Origin: Bispira polyomma
Lineage: Eukaryota
Direction: 5' to 3'
Assembly: GCA_965649765.1 (NCBI GenBank)
Contig: OZ287757.1
Coordinates: 30,504,001 to 30,568,000, forward strand
Length of the DNA stretch: 64,000 nt
The notes beneath the pieces are model-generated. The model was not told the origin of the DNA. It saw nothing but the letters and a program-made list of their open reading frames with translations, and ran no database searches. The first letter of the stretch is position 1, and each line of letters starts with the position of its first letter. Shown one piece after another: positions 47,601 through 59,753 of the stretch. The translations under genes and the position numbers were made by a program.

Positions 47601-50600
47601 TACTCAATTAAAACTTTGATTGAACACAACCCTGGTATGGAAAATAGCGTGTCTGGTGCTGGGCTCAAATTCTTTGCATATTTCACATTCTTTTTTGTTA
47701 TGAATGACTGTTTATCATTATTCTATTCTGCTTCTCAGGAATCTTGGTGCATATTTTGATGAAAACATGAACATAAATGATGTTGTAAAGAGAAAAGCTG
47801 CTTCTGTTCAAGGATAATTGAGAAAGTTGTATAGAATCAGAAAGTTTCTTATATTTGATGCATGTAAATCACTAGTTCAAACTCTTGTAATATCGTGCTT
47901 AGTCTCTTGCTTGGTAGTCTACTGCTTGGTAGAAAAAGGCAAATATTCAACATTTAAAAATACTCCAGAATACCTCAGCACGACTAATATATCAAGCTAG
48001 TTCAAGAACAATGCTCAAAAGTATCTAATCAAGCTACATTGGCTACCTGTAAATGAATGTGTTCTATTTTGTAATTTGACATATGTTAAAAATGTTTGAA
48101 AAATGATGCTCCATCTTACTTATCAGAACTGTTGCACCTCTATTAACCAAATCAGACTTTAAGATCAAAAACCGATAACAACCTACAGAAACATCTATTA
48201 CGATCAAACACATCTACACAATCATTAAAATTAGCCATACCAAGAGAGTGGAACAAATTACCTGCACATAATGCTAACTGATCAAAACCTCCATCCTCTT
48301 TTATCGGTGCCTCTGAAAGAGAAACATCACATGTTACCAATATAATCTTAGTCAATATATTGGACTGCAAAATGCTAGCACTGGAGTTAATAACCGTGGA
48401 TATTTTATTACACTGGGGTAAAGTGACTACAGAATGCAAGCAAACTTAACATCCAACTCCTTAAATATATGTGATTGTCGATCTACTTCACAAATTATCC
48501 AGTATCCAGATATAGGGATAAAATTGGTAACTTGCTTAAATTCAATTATAAATAGTTGAGTTCAATTGAATTAAAAATGTTTAATTACACCTATATATTT
48601 CAAGTTACAACTATAGCTACACCAGTTCAAAAATATTTAGGTACGCTCTAATTATAAGTAAATACTCAATTAAAACTGTAATTGAACACAACCCTGGTAT
48701 GGAAAATAGTTTGTCCTTATATAATTAGAATTGTTTTGGGTTTGTTCAGAGGACAATGTTTGTCAGTAGCAGTGTATGTATATATATAGGATGTTTGAAG
48801 AAAAAATGTGTGGGATTGCTAGGCTTCAGTCTGGTGGTCTAATATAGAATAAATTAACAATTTGAAGTACCTGTGACCGGAAGTGACTGATCAAAACTTC
48901 CATCCTTTTTTATTGGTGTCTCTGGAAGAAAAACATCACCTGTTACCAATATAATCTTTGTCAATGTAATGGACTGTGAAATATTATCACTGGAGTTATT
49001 AACTGTAGATATCATTAAAATGGGGTAAAGTGACTACAAGCAATACATAACATCCAACTTCTTAACTATCTGTGATTGTCGATCAACCCGACAAATTATC
49101 CAGTGCCTAGATATAGGGATAAAATTGGTAATTTGGTTAAGTTCAAATAATAAATAGTTGAGTTTAATTTAATTTAAAATGTTCAATTATACTTATATCT
49201 TTTCCATTACAACTATAATTACACCAGTTCAAGAATATGTAAATACGCTGTAATTACGAATAATTACTCAATTAGAACTGTAATTGAACACAACCCTGGC
49301 ATGGAAAATAGCGTGTCCTGTGCTTGGCTTAAATTCTTTGCATGTTTTATATTCTTGTTTTCTGTGAATGACTGTTCATCAATATGTCACATGTAAATAC
49401 AATTTTCACTTTTGTTAGTTTTATTAAATTAATCTTTTGGTTTTCATGAAACACTCATTACACAAAAGTTATTACCACAGAAAGATAGAAGTTGTTGTGT
49501 ATATTAACAAATGAAAAATTTATATAGCCCTGGCCAATATTTAACACTGTGGCATACTGCATTTTTTATTAGGCTGTTTGAGTTTATTTAGTTAATTACA
49601 GAAACAGAGTACCTAATCTCGATTAGGCTGTATGAAAAGCATGTTGCATTAAACTGGGTCAAATATCTCAGATATATACACTCAAAGAAAAGCTAATTAT
49701 TCGACAAAAAAGTGCCCTTTTCAAGGGACGCTAAATTAAAAATACAGTTTGACTTTGAGAAATTTTTAAAACATGTTGTATTGTTGCATATTTCTATATT
49801 GTTTGTGCATAAATAGCTGGCTGCAAACGAAAAACCCCAATTTAGATGATGTTGATTATGGAGTGTTGTTTCGTCTTTCATGCAAATTTAGATAATTTTA
49901 TTGTATTTTGGACATAATTGACTTCACCAGGAGTCTGGTCTGTTGCAACGAAAAATCATAACACTACCTAAGTCAACCCCTTAGTATCCACCATCTAACT
50001 AAGTAACCACTCCAAACAATAGGCGGAAGTCCATTTTCTTCATTACAAAATTGTAGTCTCTATCCCCAAGAAGATGTTGCAAACCGAGGGTCAGGTCATA
50101 ACCATGTTAGGAATTCATAGGAATTTTACTTACAAAACTTCCAATTACAATGTTCCTACTAATTCCTAACATTTGCTGAATACAGCCTTGATAGACTCTG
50201 GGGGAATCCTCTTCTCCATCCAACAGATCTATATTTGTACCTGTAGCTTAGAACTTAGGTAGTGTCCCAAGCTACAGATATCTAACACCATAATTCCTCA
50301 AAATATATGTAATGATATTTTAGAAAAGCAGTGTCGTACTATTAAGGGTAATAGAAAGTAATGGTCTTTGGTTTAAAATCTGCACTGTACAAATATAGAA
50401 CCATCTGCAAACTTGTAGCAATATGTAGGTGAGACCTATTGCACTTCTAAGGAATCTTGGTGCATATTTGGATGAAAACATGAACATAAATTATGTTGTA
50501 AAGAGAAAAGCTGTTTCTGTCAAACGATAATTGAGAAATTTGTATAGAATCAGAAAGTTTCTTATATTTGATGCCTGTAAATCACTAGTCCAATATTTTG

Positions 50601-53600
50601 TAATATCGCGCTTAGACTATTGCAGTAGTCTACTGCTTGGTGCAAAAAGGGGAATATTCAACATTTAAAAAGACTCAAGAATACCACAGCACGATTAACA
50701 TATCAAGCTAGTTCAAGGGACAATGCCCAAGAGTATTTAATCAAGCTACACTGGCTACCTGTAAATAAACGTGTTCTATTTCGTAATTTGACATATGTTA
50801 AAAATGTTTCAACAACGAATCTCCATCTTACTTATCAGAACTGTTGCGCCTCTACAACCAAATCAGACTCTAAGATCAAGAACAGATAACAAGCTTCGGG
50901 AACATCTATTTGGATCCAACACATCTACACAATCATTTAAATTAGCCATACCAAGAGAGTAGAACAAATTACCTGCACATAATGCTAACTGATCAAAACC
51001 TCCATCCCCTTTTATCGGTGCCCCTAGAAGAAAAACATCACATGTTACCAATATAATCTTAGTCAATGTAATGGACTGCAAAATATTATCAGGGGAGTTA
51101 TTAACTGTGGGTATTTTATTACACTGGGGTAAAGTGACTACAGAATGCAAGCAAACATAAAATCCAACTCCTTAAATATATGTGATTGTTGATCTACTTC
51201 ACAAATTATCCAGTACCCAGATATAGGGATAAAATTGGTAACTTGCTTAAATTCAATTATAAATAGTTGAGTTTAATTGAATTAAAAATGTTCTATTACA
51301 CCGATATATTTTAATTACAACTAAAAGTACACCAGTTCAAAAATATTTAGGTACGCTTTAAGTATAAGTAAATACTCAATTAAAACTTTGATTGAACACA
51401 ACCCTGGTATGGAAAATAGCGTGTCTGGTGCTGGGCTCAAATTCTTTGCATATTTCACATTCTTTTTTGTTATGAATGACTGTTTATCATTATTCTATTC
51501 TGCTTCTCAGGAATCTTGGTGCATATTTTGATGAAAACATGAACATAAATGATGTTGTAAAGAGAAAAGCTGCTTCTGTTCAAGGATAATTGAGAAAGTT
51601 GTATAGAATCAGAAAGTTTCTTATATTTGATGCATGTAAATCACTAGTTCAAACTCTTGTAATATCGTGCTTAGTCTCTTGCTTGGTAGTCTACTGCTTG
51701 GTAGAAAAAGGCAAATATTCAACATTTAAAAATACTCCAGAATACCTCAGCACGACTAATATATCAAGCTAGTTCAAGAACAATGCTCAAAAGTATCTAA
51801 TCAAGCTACATTGGCTACCTGTAAATGAATGTGTTCTATTTTGTAATTTGACATATGTTAAAAATGTTTGAAAAATGATGCTCCATCTTACTTATCAGAA
51901 CTGTTGCACCTCTATTAACCAAATCAGACTTTAAGATCAAAAACCGATAACAACCTACAGAAACATCTATTACGATCAAACACATCTACACAATCATTAA
52001 AATTAGCCATACCAAGAGAGTGGAACAAATTACCTGCACATAATGCTAACTGATCAAAACCTCCATCCTCTTTTATCGGTGCCTCTGAAAGAGAAACATC
52101 ACATGTTACCAATATAATCTTAGTCAATATATTGGACTGCAAAATGCTAGCACTGGAGTTAATAACCGTGGATATTTTATTACACTGGGGTAAAGTGACT
52201 ACAGAATGCAAGCAAACTTAACATCCAACTCCTTAAATATATGTGATTGTCGATCTACTTCACAAATTATCCAGTATCCAGATATAGGGATAAAATTGGT
52301 AACTTGCTTAAATTCAATTATAAATAGTTGAGTTCAATTGAATTAAAAATGTTTAATTACACCTATATATTTCAAGTTACAACTATAGCTACACCAGTTC
52401 AAAAATATTTAGGTACGCTCTAATTATAAGTAAATACTCAATTAAAACTGTAATTGAACACAACCCTGGTATGGAAAATAGTTTGTCCTTATATAATTAG
52501 AATTGTTTTGGGTTTGTTCAGAGGACAATGTTTGTCAGTAGCAGTGTATGTATATATATAGGATGTTTGAAGAAAAAATGTGTGTGATTGCTAGGCTTCA
52601 GTCTGGTGGTCTAATATAGAATAAATTAACAATTTGAAGTACCTGTGACCGGAAGTGACTGATCAAAACTTCCATCCTTTTTTATTGGTGTCTCTGGAAG
52701 AAAAACATCACCTGTTACCAATATAATCTTTGTCAATGTAATGGACTGTGAAATATTATCACTGGAGTTATTAACTGTAGATATCATTAAAATGGGGTAA
52801 AGTGACTACAGAATACAAGCAATACATAACATCCAACTTCTTAACTATCTGTGATTGTCGATCAACCCGACAAATTATCCAGTGCCTAGATATAGGGATA
52901 AAATTGGTAATTTGGTTAAGTTCAAATAATAAATAGTTGAGTTTAATTTAATTTAAAATGTTCAATTATACTTATATCTTTTCCGTTACAACTATAATTA
53001 CACCAGTTCAAGAATATGTAAATACGCTGTAATTACGAATAATTACTCAATTAGAACTGTAATTGAACACAACCCTGGCATGGAAAATAGCGTGTCCTGT
53101 GCTTGGCTTAAATTCTTTGCATGTTTTATATTCTTGTTTTCTGTGAATGACTGTTCATCAATATGTCACATGTAAATACAATTTTCACTTTTGTTAGTTT
53201 TATTAAATTAATCTTTTGGTTTTCATGAAACACTCATTACACAAAAGTTATTACCACAGAAAGATAGAAGTTGTTGTGTATATTAACAAATGAAAAATTT
53301 ATATAGCCCTGGCCAATATTTAACACTGTGGCATACTGCATTTTTTATTAGGCTGTTTGAGTTTATTTAGTTAATTACAGAAACAGAGTACCTAATCTCG
53401 ATTAGGCTGTATGAAAAGCATGTTGTATTAAACTGGGTCAAATATCTCAGATATATACACTCAAAGAAAAGCTAATTATTCGACAAAAAAGTGCCCTTTT
53501 CAAGGGACGCTAAATTAAAAATACAGTTTGACTTTGAGAAATTTTTAAAACATGTTGTATTGTTGCATATTTCTATATTGTTTGTGCATAAATAGCTGGC

Positions 53601-56490
53601 TGCAAACGAAAAACCCCAATTTAGATGATGTTGATTATGGAGTGTTGTTTCGTCTTTCATGCAAATTTAGATAATTTTATTGTATTTTGGACATAATTGA
53701 CTTCACCAGGAGTCTGGTCTGTTGCAACGAAAAATCATAACACTACCTAAGTCAACCCCTTAGTATCCACCATCTAACTAAGTAACCACTCCAAACAATA
53801 GGCGGAAGTCCATTTTCTTCATTACAAAATTGTAGTCTCTATCCCCAAGAAGATGTTGCAAACCGAGGGTCAGGTCATAACCATGTTAGGAATTCATAGG
53901 AATTTTACTTACAAAACTTCCAATTACAATGTTCCTACTAATTCCTAACATTTGCTGAATACAGCCTTGATAGACTCTGGGGGAATCCTCTTCTCCATCC
54001 AACAGATCTATATTTGTACCTGTAGCTTAGAACTTAGGTAGTGTCCCAAGCTACAGATATCTAACACCATAATTCCTCAAAATATATGTAATGATATTTT
54101 AGAAAAGCAGTGTCGTACTATTAAGGGTAATAGAAAGTAATGGTCTTTGGTTTAAAATCTGCACTGTACAAATATAGAACCATCTGCAAACTTGTAGCAA
54201 TATGTAGGTGAGACCTATTGCACTTCTAAGGAATCTTGGTGCATATTTGGATGAAAACATGAACATAAATTATGTTGTAAAGAGAAAAGCTGTTTCTGTC
54301 AAACGATAATTGAGAAATTTGTATAGAATCAGAAAGTTTCTTATATTTGATGCCTGTAAATCACTAGTCCAATATTTTGTAATATCGCGCTTAGACTATT
54401 GCAGTAGTCTACTGCTTGGTGCAAAAAGGGGAATATTCAACATTTAAAAAGACTCAAGAATACCACAGCACGATTAACATATCAAGCTAGTTCAAGGGAC
54501 AATGCCCAAGAGTATTTAATCAAGCTACACTGGCTACCTGTAAATAAACGTGTTCTATTTCGTAATTTGACATATGTTAAAAATGTTTCAACAACGAATC
54601 TCCATCTTACTTATCAGAACTGTTGCGCCTCTACAACCAAATCAGACTCTAAGATCAAGAACAGATAACAAGCTTCGGGAACATCTATTTGGATCCAACA
54701 CATCTACACAATCATTTAAATTAGCCATACCAAGAGAGTAGAACAAATTACCTGCACATAATGCTAACTGATCAAAACCTCCATCCCCTTTTATCGGTGC
54801 CCCTAGAAGAAAAACATCACATGTTACCAATATAATCTTAGTCAATGTAATGGACTGCAAAATATTATCAGGGGAGTTATTAACTGTGGGTATTTTATTA
54901 CACTGGGGTAAAGTGACTACAGAATGCAAGCAAACATAAAATCCAACTCCTTAAATATATGTGATTGTTGATCTACTTCACAAATTATCCAGTACCCAGA
55001 TATAGGGATAAAATTGGTAACTTGCTTAAATTCAATTATAAATAGTTGAGTTTAATTGAATTAAAAATGTTCTATTACACCGATATATTTTAATTACAAC
55101 TAAAAGTACACCAGTTCAAAAATATTTAGGTACGCTTTAAGTATAAGTAAATACTCAATTAAAACTTTGATTGAACACAACCCTGGTATGGAAAATAGCG
55201 TGTCTGGTGCTGGGCTCAAATTCTTTGCATATTTCACATTCTTTTTTGTTATGAATGACTGTTTATCATTATTCTATTCTGCTTCTCAGGAATCTTGGTG
55301 CATATTTTGATGAAAACATGAACATAAATGATGTTGTAAAGAGAAAAGCTGCTTCTGTTCAAGGATAATTGAGAAAGTTGTATAGAATCAGAAAGTTTCT
55401 TATATTTGATGCATGTAAATCACTAGTTCAAACTCTTGTAATATCGTGCTTAGTCTCTTGCTTGGTAGTCTACTGCTTGGTAGAAAAAGGCAAATATTCA
55501 ACATTTAAAAATACTCCAGAATACCTCAGCACGACTAATATATCAAGCTAGTTCAAGAACAATGCTCAAAAGTATCTAATCAAGCTACATTGGCTACCTG
55601 TAAATGAATGTGTTCTATTTTGTAATTTGACATATGTTAAAAATGTTTGAAAAATGATGCTCCATCTTACTTATCAGAACTGTTGCACCTCTATTAACCA
55701 AATCAGACTTTAAGATCAAAAACCGATAACAACCTACAGAAACATCTATTACGATCAAACACATCTACACAATCATTAAAATTAGCCATACCAAGAGAGT
55801 GGAACAAATTACCTGCACATAATGCTAACTGATCAAAACCTCCATCCTCTTTTATCGGTGCCTCTGAAAGAGAAACATCACATGTTACCAATATAATCTT
55901 AGTCAATATATTGGACTGCAAAATGTTAGCATTGGAGTTAATAACCGTGGATATTTTATTACACTGGGGTAAAGTGACTACAGAATGCAAGCAAACTTAA
56001 CATCCAACTCCTTAAATATATGTGATTGTCGATCTACTTCACAAATTATCCAGTATCCAGATATAGGGATAAAATTGGTAACTTGCTTAAATTCAATTAT
56101 AAATAGTTGAGTTCAGTTGAATTAAAAATGTTTAATTACACCTATATATTTCAAGTTACAACTATAGCTACACCAGTTCAAAAATATTTAGGTACGCTCT
56201 AATTATAAGTAAATACTCAATTAAAACTGTAATTGAACACAACCCTGGTATGGAAAATAGTTTGTCCTTATATAATTAGAATTGTTTTGGGTTGGTTCAG
56301 AGGACAATGTTTGTCAGTAGCAGTGTATGTATATATATAGGATGTTTGAAGAAAAAATGTGTGTGATTGCTAGGCTTCAGTCTGGTGGTCTAATATAGAA
56401 TAAATTAACAATTTGAAGTACCTGTGACCGGAAGTGACTGATCAAAACTTCCATCCTTTTTTATTGGTGTCCCTGGAAGAAAAACATCAC
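38643..56490 (-). CDS. Array of small internal exons of the host gene: five 69-nt exons (56490-56422, 52711-52643, 48939-48871, 45160-45092, 43491-43423), two 54-nt exons (42721-42668, 41780-41727) and a 52-nt exon (38694-38643)
   Basis: Each has an AG acceptor and GT donor. The 69- and 54-nt exons are phase 1/1 and stop-free (GDVFLPETPIKKDGSFDQSLPVT; DNKTTDLGVESDTSSTAS). Confidence 0.6.
40460..41150 (+). mobile_element. Decayed L2/CR1 RT fragment
   Basis: LTLLDLSAAFDTI, FGVP, YTDDTQIY, KLKLNP, YLGVT, SRFD motifs with frameshifts. Confidence 0.88.
41510..43330. repeat. Older diverged tandem duplication (~0.9 kb x2) carrying the 54-nt exon
   Basis: 41510-42460 aligns with 42465-43330; paralogous ORFs 42131-42331 and 43000-43182. 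Confidence 0.85.
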
Positions 56491-57513
56491 CTGTTACCAA
56501 TATAATCTTTGTCAATGTAATGGACTGTGAAATATTATCACTGGAGTTATTAACTGTAGATATCATTAAAATGGGGTAAAGTGACTACAGAATACAAGCA
56601 ATACATAACATCCAACTTCTTAACTATCTGTGATTGTCGATCAACCCGACAAATTATCCAGTGCCTAGATATAGGGATAAAATTGGTAATTTGGTTAAGT
56701 TCAAATAATAAATAGTTGAGTTTAATTTAATTTAAAATGTTCAATTATACTTATATCTTTTCCGTTACAACTATAATTACACCAGTTCAAGAATATGTAA
56801 ATACTCTGTAATTACGAATAATTACTCAATTAGAACTGTAATTGAACACAACCCTGGCATGGAAAATAGCATGTCCTGTGCTTGGCTTAAATTCTTTGCA
56901 TGTTTTATATTCTTGTTTTCTGTGAATGACTGTTCATCAATATGTCACATGTAAATACAATTTTCACTTTTGTTAGTTTTATTAAATTAATCTTTTGGTT
57001 TTCATGAAACACTCATTACACAAAAGTTATTACCACAGAAAGATAGAAGTTGTTGTGTATATTAACAAATGAAAAATTTATATAGCCCTGGCCAATATTT
57101 AACACTGTGGCATACTGCATTTTTTATTAGGCTGTTTGAGTTTATTTAGTTAATTACAGAAACAGAGTACCTAATCTCGATTAGGCTGTATGAAAAGCAT
57201 GTTGCATTAAACTGGGTCAAATATCTCAGATATATACACTCAAAGAAAAGCTAATTATTCGACAAAAAAGTGCCCTTTTCAAGGGACGCTAAATTAAAAA
57301 TACAGTTTGACTTTGAGAAATTTTTAAAACATGTTGTATTGTTGCATATTTCTATATTGTTTGTGCATAAATAGCTGGCTGCAAACGAAAAACCCCAATT
57401 TAGATGATGTTGATTATGGAGTGTTGTTTCATCTTTCATGCAAATTTAGATAATTTTATTGTATTTTGGACATAATTGACTTCACCAGGAGTCTGGTCTG
57501 TTGCAACGAAAAA
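43760..57513. repeat. Near-identical tandem repeat, unit ~3,779 bp, ~3.6 copies; each unit contains exon copies and two L2/CR1 3' fragments
   Basis: Identical ORFs recur at 44039, 47818, 51590 and 55369 (spacing 3779, 3772, 3779); a 7-bp deletion near 49038 explains the short unit. The array ends abruptly at ~57513. Confidence 0.97.
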
Positions 57514-58469
57514 CCAATATAATCTTAGTCAATATAATGGACTGCAAAATATTAGCACTAGAGTAAATAACTGTGGATATTGTATTACACATATGTATGC
57601 GTGTTGGGGATCCTGGTGTAACTAGAGATGAATGACTCTCTGTTTAATCAATTCGAGAGTTCCAAACTAACAATATTGTGACATAAACTTAAAATGTAAA
57701 AAAATACCAAAATATTTCAACAAGTACAATGGTATTATCAGTACTATTGCTTTAAATATGACCAACTAGAAAATCAAAAATATACCTTAATTACACAAGG
57801 TCACAGGTAAAAATCTGTTCAGTGCATAATATTGTCTGACCTTGGATTCCTACACAGTCATAATACATTCGGATGCTGTAAAATCAATGATGAATGATAG
57901 AGAAACCAAAAACAGAAAAATGTATCATTTTCAGTTCAGGAGAGCGACCTTGAAATAGATATGTAGAGTTCTGAACCTTGTGGTTATGTGGAGTCCTACA
58001 GAAATGTCCTAGCAACTTAATTGGCATTCATAGTTTGAGATACTGTACAAAATACTGGAAATTGACCTTTGAGACCACAGTTTGACCTTGAACCCAAGGT
58101 CATAGATCAAATTTGACCAGTGCCTCAGATTACCAGATTCTAGTTTCCTGTATGCTCATAATATATTCCGATTTTCTAAACCCAATAGTTAAGGCGATAG
58201 TTGGCATTTCATGAATCCTCCAAAATTTTCAAAAATTAAAAACATTTGTCACTCAAAAACAAAATACCTGACCAGAAAAAAAAACAGAAAGTTTGTATCA
58301 CATGTAAATTTGGAGAAAATATTAAAGTGTATGCAAACTCAGTGCCACGGGAATAAGTCAGCGACCTCGTCAGCTGACTCCAAATATAGAGAAATGTATA
58401 TCACTATTTTCTTACATATTGAATCTACTCTCCTCCTACTATTTTCCGAGCTATGAATTGCTACTATAC

Positions 58470-59753
58470 CTGGTTTTTCATGTGCCCATAAAGATTCATA
58501 TTGTGTTTTCAATTCATTTACTAATAACGTCTGATTAGTATCATTTAAAACAGCAATAAAAATTTTAAAGCTTTCTTCAGCAGGGTTTTTTATCAGCACC
58601 TGTCAGAATATAAAATAATAATAGAAATCACCTGCTATATCTGTGCAATGAGTTTGGCATTTGGTGTCATTTATTTTTATATGATAAAGTTCCATACTGC
58701 AAACAGTGAGCAATGATACATTATTGTAACACTGGGGGGTAATGTTTTAAAACCGTTAAACAGATACATCTATTGCTAATTGGACAGACATCGAGAACAT
58801 GATATTTAAGTATCACACCAAATTTTTAAAACTTATTGTGAACCTGTAAAGTAGTATAGGCTTTTTGTAAAAATTAGTTTATTAAATATTTTTGTGCAAT
58901 ATTGAGTCTTACTTGGGGTCCACAGTGTCCAATATCCGAACAGTGTCTTGCAACACTTAAATATGAATTAAAACATCATGTTGAATTTTAAAAACCCAAC
59001 ATATCCATACTGTTTTAGTGTTTCCAGAGACACAAATACTATTCCATTCATTTTCATATTACTGATTAGATTGAACAAAAGGATACACTCAAAAATACAA
59101 CATTACAGAAAATTTATTCTACCTGATTAGTTGTTTTTTAACTTAAAATTGTTTTCATTACTGCATATAACACACATTATATAATGAAGCAATGCGGACA
59201 CTACAATATGCTTATATGTCTTATATTGAGTGACCAAATGGTACATATAATATTTTATGAAGTTTATTAGACTATTAGGTTTATTTCGTAGGACATACAA
59301 ACTGAGGTCAAGAAAAGGCTTTAACATCTGAAAATGAAAAACTTAGACTTGATATGGAGGTATTTGGTTAATATGCCGTTGAGGCTTGGGCTGTCTGTTG
59401 CAGGTGCTATATTGGAGCACTGCAGGCTTTGTACTTCTGGGAAGGCCATTGACTCATAAAATTTAGATGACTTTGTCAGCTAATTTACATATGATTGATC
59501 ATAAGAAAAAAAATATACCTCTGCAATGAGTTTTGCACTGGCTTCACTAGGCGATTCGGGACTTCTATCGTTGATTTCTTGAAAGAGCCTCAACCCTGCA
59601 GGATTAGGCCCGTAGAAACCACAATTAAATAGCCTTGAGTTGACCTCATCTATGTGTTTCAGTAATTCAGAGACAAGCTTAAAGATCCTTTCAAAGATGA
59701 TGTAGTGTTTTTTTTTTATGTGGTGTTTTCTCAGTTTCCACACAGTCAGCCAT
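58470..59753 (-). CDS. Two exons (59753-59519, 58599-58470) encoding a CARD-like death-fold domain at the N-terminus of the host gene
   Basis: Phase-0 donor GAG|gtatat matches acceptor ctgacag|GTG. The joined sequence ...EASAKLIAEVLIKNPAEESFKIFIAVLNDTNQTLLVNELK fits CARD helices 4-6. The ATG at 59753 is in frame only if the 10-nt homopolymer at 59708-59717 is 9 nt. Confidence 0.6.

Noticed and set aside
44039-57439. Repeated 60-95 aa ORFs in the tandem array as independent genes
   Set aside because: They are L2 fragments or read-through of intron plus micro-exon; identity reflects the repeat, not separate genes.
25574-59753. Functional link between the viral IAP and the neighbouring host CARD-protease gene
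   Set aside because: The TSD shows an ordinary insertion about 10 kb away; proximity alone is not evidence of interaction.
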